Notes under the pieces: generated by a model
Seen by the model: the letters and a program-made list of their open reading frames with translations, nothing else
Told to the model about the DNA's origin: nothing
Database searches by the model: none
DNA from: Stegostoma tigrinum
Taxonomy: Eukaryota
DNA: 64,000 nt
Assembly (NCBI RefSeq): GCF_030684315.1
Contig: NC_081365.1
Span: 61,186,481 to 61,250,480 of the forward strand
Direction of reading: 5' to 3'
In this document: one piece after another, positions 49,471 through 61,990 of the stretch
How the letters are laid out: each line of letters begins with the position of its first letter
Numbering within the stretch: the stretch's first letter is position 1
Made by a program: the position numbers and the translations under genes

Positions 49471-49805
49471 CTCTGGGTCTAGGCCCGAAACATCAGCTTT
49501 TGTGCTCCTGAGATGCTGCTTGGCCTGCTGTGTTCATCCAGCCCCACACTTTGTTATCTTGGATTCTCCAGCATCTGCAGTTCCCATTATCACTGATACA
49601 ATTTTAACCCCACTGTGAAGCCTCTTCCAGGGATGCCTAACCTGAAGAAGTTACCCTCCTCCCTCCGGACCAACCTCAGGGAATCTCTTTCCCACTGCAA
49701 CTCTCTCGGCTCTCTGATGAAGGGTCTAGGCCCCAAACGTCAGCTTTTGCGCTCCTGAGATACTGCTTGGCCTGCTGTGTTCATCCAGCTCCACGCTTTG
49801 TTATC
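49471..49805 (+). mobile_element. Head-to-tail tandem Penelope pLTR copies (period 247 bp)
   Basis: GGGTCTAGG at 49475 and 49722; the spacer holds additional element-like sequence with a short open frame MPNLKKLPSSLRTNLRESLSHCNSL. Confidence 0.8.
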
Positions 49806-50540
49806 CATGACTGTGATCTCATTATGTTTGCATCCAGTCCAACTCTCATTATTACACTTTTTTTGTTTGCAAGGTGAAGTTGTTATTAATTGTTTTTATT
49901 AAAAACTCCTTCTTTTTACTCATTCTAAGGGTTTGCAAAGGGTCAGATTTTGTGCGAGGGTGAGACTCCTTATGTAGTTGGCAACTCTGTGGTTCCCAGC
50001 CTCACCATAGGAAATGGGGTCTACTAGCTAAGAGTGTCCAGTGAAATGTGGCTGGTTAGATGGATGGCTCTGATCTCTCTGTGCTGGGAATAAGACGGGT
50101 GGTAGGAGGCCTTTGAAAGACTGTTATTCGGCTCTTCAAGGCGCTAGTTGGCTCATAGGTATACAGGCCTTATAAGGTCATCCCTGCCTTGATGATGCGT
50201 TGTGATTATGTATCTATAATGCTGCCCAAATTAACAGATCCAAACCTGCCCACAGGGAGATGCTTACCCCAATGCCATTTTACTCCCCTCTTTTATTTTC
50301 TTAGTCAAGGATCTATCGACCTCTGCCATTTAAAATTATTCAATGAGCCTGCCTCAACTGCTCACTAGAGAAGAGGTCTGAATACTCCTGACTCTCTGGG
50401 GAGGAAATACCCCTGTCTTGAATGTTTTTGCTGTCTTTTTCAAAAGGGGAGTATACACCCTGCATTATGATTTAAATAACATACATCTTGTTTTACTGAA
50501 TGCCAACAAATTCCAGTCTGGTTTGCCTAATATTTCTTCC

Positions 50541-51190
50541 ACAACAAAACCAGAAATTGCTGGAAAATCTCAGCACATCTGGCAGCATCTGTGAAGAAAA
50601 ATCAGTTAACGTTTAGGGCCCGGTGACCCTTTCTAGGATTGATAGTAGCTAGGAAAATATAAATTTATATGCAGAAGATATGGTAGGGGGAGGGGTAAGG
50701 AGTAAATGATAGGTACGGATAGAACTTAAAGAGACGAACAGTTGGACAGTCAAAGGAGTTGATAACAATCTGGCCAGGAGGGTGAATCGCTATTAATGGA
50801 GACTGTTAGTGGCTAACAATTGTTAGCGTGTAATGGTAAGCTATATGATAAGGCCTGGTGTGTGCCTAGGGGCCAGGACATGGGAAGAGTTCAGGCCCTA
50901 AAATTATTGAACTCGATATTAAGCTCAGAGGGCTGCAAGGTTCTCACGTGCTCTCTCGTGCGCGCTCTATCCCCACCTATCATTTGCTCCTGACCTCTTT
51001 TCCGTCCCCCCCCACCCTATCTCCTTCATACAAACTGACATTTTCCTAGCTACCATCAGTTCGAGGAAGGGTCACTGGACCTGAAACATTAACTCTGATT
51101 TTTCTTCAGATACTCCAGACCTGCTGAACTTTTCCAGCAATTTCTGTTTTGCTTTTATTTACAGCATCCATAGTTCTTTTGGGTTTTTAT
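50541..51190. mobile_element. Penelope element 3' end with inverted pLTR (second subfamily)
   Basis: Minus strand encodes RTLQPSELNIEFNNFRA* (endonuclease C-terminus) followed by the pLTR; the + strand repeats the pLTR at ~50950-51190. Confidence 0.75.
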
Positions 51191-51673
51191 TTTAATATTC
51201 GTTCTAATATGGCTCCTAATCCTGAGTTATCTTGATTATACAGGAAAAGTGTGCATTGAGTGTCAGTCTAAAGTCCATCACATTTCTTTTAAAAGACACT
51301 ACATTGTTCCAAGCCTCATTTTTTGCGGGGTTAATTTTTAGGACTAAATTTTGAAATTCAACTTGCATTCTGGCCAAAGGGAAACAGTTGAAACAATTCA
51401 TGGATTGGTTTTTAAAACAAAAGGTCATTAGCTTTGGACGGGAAAATAAATAGCTGGCACTTATGGAAAATTAACCTCCAGTACTGAATTTGGATACAAG
51501 ACCTTCCTCTCAATTGTAAACCTGCCTCTTTAGTTGTTAGATCCTGTTTTTCTTTGGTTTACTTCATTAGAACATGTGGTCATTTTCAGAAATCTCTTTC
51601 GGTTAGGGATCTTTCATAGATTCAAGTAGTTTTCTACACTGTTTTCAACATCTTTCCAAACCTTATTTTTCAG

Positions 51674-51796
51674 CTGGTCCCAAACTTTTTTCTCAAGCAA
51701 ATGCTCCAGCTATATGATAACCGAAACTGGCAGAATGACGATGAGTTCAGAAAGTACACAGAGCTCACCACTTCTTGGAATCGTGTCATGACTGAA
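51674..51796 (+). CDS. UPK1B: Uroplakin 1b coding exon 4
   Basis: TTTCAG|LVPNFFLKQMLQLYDNRNWQNDDEFRKYTELTTSWNRVMTE|GTAAGT. Confidence 0.93.
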
Positions 51797-51859
51797 GTAA
51801 GTACAGCAAGAATTCTTTGAAAGTAGCCAAGAAAGTTGAACTTCTGTTAGTAAGGCTTA

Positions 51860-52425
51860 GTTTCTAAATAGAGGCATAGCGTTAAAAAAGCAAGGAGGTG
51901 ATGGTAGGCCTCTGCAAATCATTGATCAGACCATGTTTGGAGTGTTGTGTTCAGTAGTGGACACCTTATTTAAGGAAAGATATTAAAGCCCTAGCAAAAG
52001 TGCAAATGAAATTTGCTAGAATTACAGAAGGAATGAGGAATTTTAGATACAAGGAAAAGTTTAAAAATTTGGGCTTATTCTCCTAGTATTGTGATGAATT
52101 TAAAGACATGTTCAAAATTTGTGGACAAGGTAAAGAAGGATATTCTGTTTCCAGTAATTGTTACATTATTAACTGGGGGTCGCAATTTCAAGAATGTCAG
52201 CAAGAGAGCTAAGTGAGGTAAGGAGAAACTCTCTTTTCCTGAGGGTAGTGGTGGAGGTGGATCCCATCGGCAGTTTCAAGTGAGCTGAAAATATATAATT
52301 GAAAGTGATAAATTTAGACAATTCCAGATAGAGGGCTGGAGAATGGGACTAACTGGGTAGCTTTTTTGGTAGCTAGTACATAAATGATGGGCTAAATGTC
52401 TGCCTTCTGTACTGTAAAATTCTAT
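51860..52425 (+). mobile_element. Decayed CR1 3' fragment
   Basis: TTGGAGTGTTGTGTTCAGTAGTGG...TTTAAGGAAAGATAT; tail ATGATGGGCTAAATGTCTGCCTTCTGTACTGTAAAATTCTAT. Confidence 0.6.
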
Positions 52426-52826
52426 CTTCCTAAGAAGAGAAAGAACTTTTGTATTTTTCTAATTTGGGTTCCTTGTGTCGTCTTACTGGCTCAGAACAGC
52501 TTTCTAGATTCCTAATGAACTGTTGTTTAACAATAAACTGTGTACGTGATCTGACTATAAAGCAGCATAAAGATTTAACCTCCTAGCAAAGTACAGAGAG
52601 CCTTCGTGAATCTCTATGGTGGAAATGACAGATGAGATGGGGAGAAAAGTGCTCCCACTGGTCTGGCAGCTTCAATGGGCAGAAAGCACAGCCAATATTT
52701 CAGGCCCAATGATTGTTCTGATGCCAAGTCACTGGACTGGAAATATTATCTTGCGCTTTCTCCCTGAAGATGCTGCCAGATCTCCAACAACTTCTGCTTT
52801 TTGTTTAATCTCTATCATCAATTTTC

Positions 52827-52869
52827 TGTGTGTGTGTGTGTGTGTGTGTGTCCGTCTGTCCGTCCGTCC
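52827..52869. repeat. (TG)12 microsatellite followed by (TCCG)-like units
   Basis: Directly visible. Confidence 0.95.
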
Positions 52870-53206
52870 ACTGGAGTGTATCTTTCCATTTGAGAAGTAT
52901 ACTTTCACTAACACTATTTTGAGATTTTTTTTTGTTTTTGTCTTGTTTGGAAAAAGTCATGTTAAAAGAAAAACCATCACTGCACAGTACTATGAAATCT
53001 CTCCCTTGTAACATCTGAAGTTAGTACAGTAGCTTATTTGAGAGAAAAAATGACATCCCTACCTTGAAGATGGGTGGCTGAAAAGGCATTTACTTAGTCA
53101 GTTTCACAGCTGGCAGTTGTATTGTCTTTTACAGTATACACAGACTTGTGAAGAGACGAGTTACAAAGATGTGACATACTAAGTTGTTCTTTTCCTTTTA
53201 TTGCAG

Positions 53207-53386
53207 AATAACTGCTGTGGTGTTAGAGGACCCCAGGACTGGATTCAGTTCAACTCTGTATTCAGATCCACCCATTTAGATTCTGATTTCCCGTGGCCTC
53301 GAGAATGCTGTACAACTAACTTTGTTGACCAATTTCTAAGTTTGGATGGTTGCAGACTTGGTGTTCGTGGCTTTGTTCATAATCAG
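53207..53386 (+). CDS. UPK1B: Uroplakin 1b coding exon 5 (tetraspanin EC2, CCG motif)
   Basis: TTGCAG|NNCCGVRGPQDW...DFPWPRECC...GCRLGVRGFVHNQ|GTAATA. Confidence 0.96.
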
Positions 53387-54933
53387 GTAATATGAAGCTT
53401 GGATTATTTAAGTTTCTTGTTACAATTGGTCAAGGTATTTGTGGCACTACACTTGGAGTAAGCTATTACAGTTTGAATCCCTACTTATAGGGGTTTATTG
53501 AATAGAAACTGTTGAGGGCTCATTAGCCTGCTTTCTGGGACAAAGCAGTTCTTTTGAGGAAATATTGATCAGGGCTTGTGCACATGTCACGAGAAAGAAT
53601 GAGAGGTGGTCATTCATTGAAACAAAATTCTGAGGAACATGATGAGACAGATGTTGAAAATGAACAGACACAGTTGTAGAGGTCCCCACTCAATATGGGG
53701 ATACAGTGGAATTTCATCTGAGGATTATTAATATTTGGTGTTCTCTTTCCCCATGTTCATGCTGATTTGGTGTGTTGATTTCCACATGCAGAAAAATATT
53801 TTCAAAGCTGTTTGATCGTGGGAGTCTAGGGTTATGGCGATAGCCACAAGAAATAAAATTAGGGTCGATAATGACACTTTCCTATTTAAGGGAAAACAAA
53901 TATATTTATAAAAGCTAATCATTGTAGTATAGGATTTTTTTGGACAGCCATTTTGATCACTGGCTCCTTTGGCTGACCTCTGCACTAAAGGTTAGCAACC
54001 AAACCTCAACTTGTAAAGATAGCAAAGGGAAAAGTAGGCCCACAGCTGATGTGGAGAAAGGTGTAACACTCAGATACCAGAATTGGAAAATTTAATTGAA
54101 ATTGATCAAAATGATTTACTGAAGTGTCCTCTTGCTGAAATGTAAAAATGAACAAATTGTACAGATGGAAATAACTTGTAGCTGTTCTATACATAATTCA
54201 ATTCCCGTTTTTGTCTTTATAACTTCACTGTCTCTTCCAAAAAAAAGAAATATTACAATGCAGCTCTGCCAGTGGGTGGTTGCTGCTATAGCGTACTGGC
54301 TAACAACACCTTGCAAGTTGACTTGAATAAAAATGAGAACTGATGACTCTGTGCTTTCATGGTGCTGGCTGCTTCAAACAAAAGAAGTATTGGCAAACCC
54401 AAAGTTTGCCACCATCTCCAATGCAGCTTGTTTCCCTTTTCACCCTGCTTGTCTATCATTGACAAGCAATGAGTCCTGTTATGATGTGCATTACCAACTG
54501 CAATATATTCTGCTTTAAGCCCGTACTGCAGTCCATACATTGTAAGATATTAGTCTGAAATGTGTCAGGCTGTGTACAGTGTGAGCTTGTGTGGACCTTT
54601 CTTGCAAGTAAGGACGTTCATCTGTTTGTGTACTGGAGCACTCCCTTTTTCTGCATTTCTGTAGCGTCATCTTTAGGATCTCTTTTTTTCACATGCTCAT
54701 TCTTCTCTGTTAGTCATATGTCAGTCACGTGGTTAGATAAACCAATGAATTCCAACAATCTCACTATTGAACACTGTACATAATCCACCACCATGTGCCC
54801 ATCTTATTCAATCTAATTTCATGCAGCAACAGAAAGTTCAGTTCCTTGCCCCAAGGAAACTTGGAATTTATTAGAATAATTTTATTAAATTGGTATAAAT
54901 ATAATTTCTAATTGTGCACTTATTTACTTGCAG

Positions 54934-55017
54934 GGATGCTTTGAATTCATTTCTGGCCCTCTGAACAGACATGCTTGGGGTGTTGCATGGTTTGGATTTG
55001 CTATCCTTTGTTGGACT
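54934..55017 (+). CDS. UPK1B: Uroplakin 1b coding exon 6
   Basis: TTGCAG|GCFEFISGPLNRHAWGVAWFGFAILCWT|GTAAGT. Confidence 0.96.
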
Positions 55018-56588
55018 GTAAGTCTGTTTTTTTTTCTGAGCACTATTTTCCATGTCAATGCATCATCCTACATTTACATTTGGTTTGAGTAATCTTCTGT
55101 ACTATGTTTCCCTCAAATTTTGGCTGTGCATAATTTTTTTTTGAACAAAGAATTGTTACCATGCAAGTATCATGGCACATGGCCTTTGTGGTGGGCCTTG
55201 CAGGCTCTCATGTAAATTAAAGCTGCTGATCAATTATCTGAATAATTTGAGTGAACATTCCTTGATCTCCTCAACCAGATCAGAGCATTGAATGTCATAT
55301 TTGATTTTGAAACTTAATGTTGGATTTTCAAAAGCAGCAGATAGCTTTATTTGGCCTTGATTTGAGCTCTTTAAAGTATGGCACAATAGTTTCATCTGCT
55401 TCTCCCCTCCCTTCACTGGACTAGATTATTGCTCCATTTGGTGCAAGCAGTTGCCAGTCATATTTCCTAAATGGACTTTCACATGATACCTAGTAAGTTG
55501 ATGCCAACTTTGAGCTTGGGAGTGGAGGGTGTCACCACTAAACCTGATTTTTGACTTCTGTGAATACTTATTGCAGTATGAGTCACTGAATTCCTGTTGA
55601 GATTGATAGATTGTGTTTCCCCTCATCACCTAAGTGGGGTTAGGTGAACACAAGAATTGCAAGCTGGAGTTGACCATTCAGCTCTCCTACGGCCTGCTCT
55701 TCTGTTCAATAAGATCATGATTGAGCTGCTTGTGGCCTCAATGTCACACTTTGTCAGCCTCAATTCTTTGACGATATGTTAACTTTAAGGAAAACCCAGT
55801 GCACTCAGTCTGGAATAAATTATATCCACTGCTGGCTCAGGTAGAGCATAAGCATTCCATAGAATAAAGCCTGTACTACAGCTGTAGTTGTTTCAGCGTG
55901 GCTTGAGTTGAAATGGCACTTGTATTTAAGCCATTTAATTGAACAATTAAGTATGTAATTGTTCACAGATGTATCTGATTTGTCCTTGTGCTATTAAATG
56001 GAAAAGCTACAGTCTGTTACTCAATATATCATCTGCAGAAAACAGACTCCTTTTTTATGTTCACAGTATTTGTAGTACATTATATATGATGCACTAAATT
56101 TCATGTGAAATTGATACTTTACTCATACAAAAATTCTCCAGAGGAATAAGGAATGCTTTTTGAAGTGAGTCATAGATTGGGTAGTGAAGATAGAACTGGG
56201 AGTGTGAGAGAAAAGGAACCAGATTTGGCTGTGGCTAGGAATTGAATCAAGCTAATGGATTCATGCTTGACTCAGTCTAGAAGACAAAATCCAGCCTGAT
56301 TTCAGTGCAGTAGTTAGGAATAGTTGCCTTTTGGATTAGACGTGAAACAGGTTTCACCTACACTGTAAAAGATAAAATGGCTCTTACACAAGAAAGAATC
56401 CTTTGCTTCCCTCTTTCAATTATTAGCCAATATTTATTGCTCAACCAGCATGGTGATTATTGCATTATTGTTTTCTTCCGAAGAGCAGAAGTTGTAATGA
56501 TACTGAAAAATGTGTTTTGACTATTTCTGTATGGATAACGTAGGTTAGACTTTACAGCATAAATTAACATTTTGTTTTCTTGTTTCAG

Positions 56589-56639
56589 TTCTTTGTCCTT
56601 GCTGGATCAATGTACTTCTATGCTATACTGAATAATTAA
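56589..56639 (+). CDS. UPK1B: Uroplakin 1b last coding exon
   Basis: TTTCAG|FFVLAGSMYFYAILNN*; gives a total of 260 aa with all introns in phase 0. Confidence 0.88.
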   Translation, partial: FFVLAGSMYFYAILNN

Positions 56640-57562
56640 ACAAAGGCATTGGACTTCAAATATGGACTTGAAATCAAATCTGTTTGCAACCTTCCCACCT
56701 CATGTGAATACTGAGGACTCTTAGTCTGAGCCTATGAAGTATTGGGAGTTGTAATCTGTTCTGTTTGTATTCAGCCCCTTCAGATTTCCTCCGGCACCTC
56801 CCACTTGTTGACCTGGCGAAGATCTTTATTGTAGTTTCTGCACTTTTCAAAAAACAGTACTCTTAATTTTATTGGACGGTGAAATTAGGCCATGGTTCAG
56901 AAACTTCTGTACTTCTGCCTGAGCTTCAATCCAGCAACAATGTTGTGACGTTAGCTTCACCATAAACTATAACTGAGAACTGGATTCTATTTGCTTTACT
57001 AAATTTAGCTGTTGGAGAGGATTAAATACTCTCAATTGGTGACAATAGAGAAGAATTGAACACAGATTCAAAATGATAGTTCAGCTAGTCTTAGCTACAC
57101 AGACGACTAAGATTCTGTTCCATTGATTGTAACTTGTGGGTGGATTAGTCCATTAAACTGGCTTCTCCAAAGGGATAGATTAGAAAGGAACACAATTCCT
57201 CTAGTCATCGCACCGCAAAAGAGAAACCAGCTTAAGGGCCTAAGTCTTTTCCTCTTACAGTCTTTTACTTTAAACATAAGTATATAAATTTATCAAATTA
57301 TCATCAATCTCTACTTGAACAATAAAATGATCTGTGTAGTGTCAATGAGTAAAACTGTACTGTTGACTTTTTTGTGACATTGGGATTATCAATGTAAAAA
57401 TACCTGTAAACATATTTTGCAGGAAATTAACTATGTGAAGGTGGTGAGTTTGGTATATTTTCAACCTCTTCTGTAAACTGAATATTAAACTTGTAATATA
57501 GAGTGTACATTATGGGTTTTCTTTATATATTATCCAGTGTACAAAATCATTTAATTTATAAA

Positions 57563-57568
57563 AATAAA
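57563..57568 (+). terminator. Candidate UPK1B polyadenylation signal (alternative AATAAA at 57321-57326)
   Basis: AATAAA at the end of an AT-rich, repeat-free ~0.9 kb 3'UTR-like stretch. Confidence 0.5.
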
Positions 57569-58517
57569 TTATTAACCTTCAGGGCAATGTGCAATTGATT
57601 GAACTGAGCCTTTGAAGAAAGGCGAATCAAGTTGAGCTCCAGAGTTCTTGAGATTGTGATCATCCAACAGGATATCAGCTCACCTCTAACATAAATGCAT
57701 GGTATCATCACACAATTACAGTTGATACAATGCGGAAGGAAGCCATTCAGCCCAACTTGTTAACTCTGGCTCTGCAGATGAGCATTATGACTAAGTGACC
57801 ATCTCCTGTCTTTTTCCACTCCCTTGAACATTGTTTATATTCAAATAGAGCATATTAGATGATTTTAAATGTTATGATTGTACCTGCCTCCATCACACTT
57901 TTTTCTGGGCAATGTATTTCAGACTAAAATCACTTTTCTGTATGAAGAGGTTTTACCACACATTATGCATTTGTTTCTTGACCCAAATTTAGTCTAGCTG
58001 GAAAAATAGCACTTGATTAATTGAGATTCACGAACTTGAAGTTTGAAGAATTACCTTGCTGTTTGATTGCTAGATGTGCTGGATTCTTAATACTTTGCTC
58101 TCCAATTTCTGAAAATTTCAAGTGTTCGTGCTGAAGATGGGAGCAAATATAGATTCTACTCTGCTGTATTTGTTGACCAGGAACTTGGACTGCAACAGTT
58201 TTACTTTGAGCATTTTGGATCTTGGGGTATTGATACAAGTAGAACTTTGAAATAGTGCAAGTGAAGATTATAGAACTCATGGAAGAGTAGGGTTTTTAAG
58301 GCTTTTGAAGAGGAAATTGTAGCAAAATCAAATTTTTTTTTGTGAACAACTTTGCGCTAAGTGTGAAGGTGTGACCATTGGTAGTATCTCTCTGTTCAAT
58401 GTCCAGTTCAGAGAATACAAAATCTGACAGATGGAAAATGCTAGAGGTAGCTTGGATTTTTTTTTTTGATGTCTTTGTGTGGTCTGTGTAATGACCAGGC
58501 TGGCATTAATTGATTAA

Positions 58518-59290
58518 TCATAAGAGATGTACAGCACAGAAACAGACCCTTTGGCCCAACTGCTCCATGCTGATTAGATATTCTAAAATTAATCTAGACC
58601 CCTTTTGCCAGTATTTGGCCTATATCCCTCTAAACTCTTCCTATTCATATACCTATCCAGAAGATGCCTTTTAAGTGGTGTAATTGTACCAGCCTCCACC
58701 CTCCCCCATCTCCTCTGGCAGCTCGTTCTATATGTGCACCACCCCCGTGTGAAAAAGTTGTCCCGTAGGTCCTCTTCTCCCCTCACCTTAACCTATGCCC
58801 TCTAGTTTTGGACTCCCCGACCATGGGGAAAAGACCTTCATTATTCACCCTATTCATGTCCCTCATGATTTTATAAATCTCCATAAGATCAGCCTTATGC
58901 TTCCACTACTGTAGGGAGAATAGCCTCAACCTATTCAGTTTCTCCTTTAACTGAAACCCTCCAACCCTGGCAACATCTTGGTAAATCTTTTCCGAACCCT
59001 TTCAAGTTTTTACATCATCTTTCCTCTAGCAGGGAGACTGTCATTGTACACCGGACTTCCAAAAGTGACCTACCCAATGTCCTGGATAGCTGCAGTATGA
59101 CCTCCCACCTCTTATACTCAAAACACTGACTAATAAAGGCAAGCATAACAAATGCTTTCTTCATAATCCTGTGTACCTGCAACTCTGCTTTCGAGGAACT
59201 TTAAGCCTGCACCCCAAGACTCTCCCCAAGACCTTACTATTAAGTGTGTAAGCCCTCCTATGATTTGCCTTTCCAATTATCAATAACGTT
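58518..59290 (-). mobile_element. CR1 3' end fragment
   Basis: Reverse-complement similarity to 35400-35787 (VEAGTIT, DRYMNRKSLEGY). Confidence 0.8.
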
Positions 59291-60199
59291 TTCTGCACTT
59301 CTTTTGTGTAAAGCTCTTCCATTGAAAGATTGTATGGGGAGGGAGTAGAGTGCTTCATAGTTGCAGAAGATTATAGCTTTATGCAAGTGTACTAACCTCA
59401 TCAAAAGGGAATAGAGGAGACAGGCAGCCATTTGTCAAATCAAATTGGGGGGAAAACTTAATATATTATGTCTTTATGGGTTAAGTTTTGTTAACTGAAA
59501 TTATGGAAGTTACTGAACAAAGGTACTTGTGGGACCTCAAAGGTACACTGCATGGGGAGTGAGGTCATAGATCAGACGTAATCTAAATAAATGGAGAAAC
59601 TAGCTCCAGGGACTAAATGCCCTTCTTCTGCACTTTTATGATACTTTATGTGACATGATGAAACCTGGATGACGTGTGGTGGTTCTGTAGTTGTTTGGAA
59701 TGAGTGACAGTTAGTTAGAAGCAAGTTCATTCGACTGGTGACTGGCAAAGAGAGGGATTCCATTGCAATTTATTTTGCACACATATATTTACCTGGGAGC
59801 AATAGACCTTCATTTATGGACAGAGCATGGGGATTGTTGCCTGACCTTCCACAGTTCCTGCAGTAATTTGCAATGCCTGTTGTTTCTGGCAGCATTTCAA
59901 GATCAGTGTGGCATGTCACTGGTATCTTCATTAGATACTCAAGTAGTCCATGACTAAATGCAGTCAGAGTTGGAAAACGTTCAGGCTTCTATTGGAGCGT
60001 AACCATCTCCCAACAAGAGAGAATCTAACCACGGACATTCAATAACATTTTTGTGATTGAAGCTGCAAAATTAATGGGAATAGTAGGCCAGCTACTGATT
60101 CAGCAGTGTGCAGGAAAAATGGGGAAAGGGGCGTAAGCTGATTGAAAAGTTGCTTTTTTAAGTTTAAGCAGCAGATCAGAGAAACAGCGAAAGCCAATG

Positions 60200-61990
60200 A
60201 TGATCAATGGGAAATCTCTGCTGGCTGAAATCATATATAGAACAACAGTTGTTTTCGGAAGCCAATTCTTCCAGCTTCAGGATCACACTGCAGGAGTAAT
60301 GCAGGAGTAATGCAGAGTTTTATCTCAAGCCAAATATTTTCAGCTACCTTTTCAATGATCTTCCCTCCATTGTAAGATCAGAATTGGGAATGCTTCCTGA
60401 TGGTCACATGGTGTTCAGTCCCATTCATAACTCCACAGATGTTGAAGCAGTATAAGCTCATAGTGCACACGAATGTGCAACACTACATTCGGGCATGTTC
60501 AGCACGGGAAGGAAGTACCACATGTTCCCTGTAAGTGACAGGCACTGCCAATTTCCGATACAGAAAATCCAATTATATCACTTGACATTCCAGAAAATAA
60601 GAACACTTGCATCATCCTTTCCAGGCAATGCACCATCTTGACCGGAAAAATAAATCGCCATTCCCTCATGATCATTGAGTCAAAATCCCAGATGTGTCTC
60701 CTTGACAGCACTATAGGTGTAGCTGTGTCACACAGACAACAAAGGTCCTTATTATTGTCATCCCAAGAGATTACAGTTCAGTTTGTTTGGACTACTGCTC
60801 ACACCCTCTTACCCCTTCAAATGGTTGTTGTTTGAAGCTTCTTTTTCATTTGTTGCTGTGAAATTACACTGGCCTCTGTCTCTCCAGACAGGCACTTGAA
60901 CTACTGCAGGCCATTTGGTATAAGCCAACCAACAATTTCCTTAGAGACCGAGTTCCAGGACTTTAAACCTGAGTTGCTAAACGAACAGGGATATATTTTC
61001 TAGTTCAGGTGGTGAGTTTCTTGGAGGGAAACAAGCAAGTGGTGGTGTTCCCAAACATCGGCCACTCTTATCTTTCTAGATGGTGGTAGCTATGGGTTTA
61101 CAAGTTGCTGTTTAAGGGACCCAAGCGGATTTCTGCTCTCCATCTTGTAAATGGTAAACAGTGTTGCTACTGAATGCTGATGGTCAAGTGCCAGAATGTT
61201 TATGGATGTGTTGCCAAGTGGGTACTTTGTCATGGATGGTGTCAAGCTCCTTGAGTGTTGTTGGAGCTGCTCTCATCCAGGCAAATAGGGAGTATTCCAT
61301 CCCATTCCTGACTTGTGCCTTGTAGAGTGTGAACAGGCTTTAGGGAGCCAGGAGAATACTCGCTGCAGTATTCCTAGCCATGCTCCTGTGGTCACAAGTC
61401 TTATATGGTGAGTCCGGTTCAGCTTCAGATCAATGGTAACCCCCAGGATGAAGTTAGTGAGCTAATGCCCATTCAATGATATTCATGACATTGAACCTTA
61501 AGCAGTGATGTTTAGATTCTCTTGTTGAAGATAATTATTGCCTGGCATTCCAGTTTTGCTCGGGCTCTTTGATGCTATATTTGATCAAATCTTCCATGAA
61601 GTCCAGGCTATCCCTCTTACCTCATGTTTGAATTCAGCTCTTTTCTGCATGTTTGAACTAAGGCTATAACATGGTCAGGAGTTGGGTGATCCTGGAAGAA
61701 CCCAAGCTGTGCGTCACTGAGCAGGTTATTGCTGAGCTGCTTGATATCACTGTTGATGACACCTTCCATCACTTCACTGCTGATTGAGAGGAGACTGATG
61801 GGGCACTAATTGGGTGAGTTGGATTAGTCCTGCTTTTTTGTGTCTGGCAATTTTCCACAATGTCCATTGTTAGTCAATACTGTAGCTGTACCGGAACAGC
61901 TTGATTCAGAGTGTGGCAAGTTCTGGAGAACAAGTCTTCAGAACTATTGCAGGAATGTTGTCAGGGCCCATAGCTTTTTCAGCTTGCATT
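60200..61990. mobile_element. LINE fragments (+ strand ~60200-60600, - strand ~60880-61990), same family as 36825-37925
   Basis: TTCAATGATCTTCCCTCCATTGTAAGATCAGAATTGGGAATG (NDLPSIVRSELGM); CCTTGAGTGTTGTTGGAGCTGC shared with 37261. Confidence 0.65.

Noticed and set aside
3035-49805. Recurrent near-identical short repeats as a CRISPR-like array
   Set aside because: Dispersed, in both orientations, with TSDs, in a spliced eukaryotic locus; these are retroelement fragments.
60290-60315. Short direct duplications (also ~40280-40322, 21578-21597, 41777-41798)
   Set aside because: Ordinary slippage duplications with no further structure.
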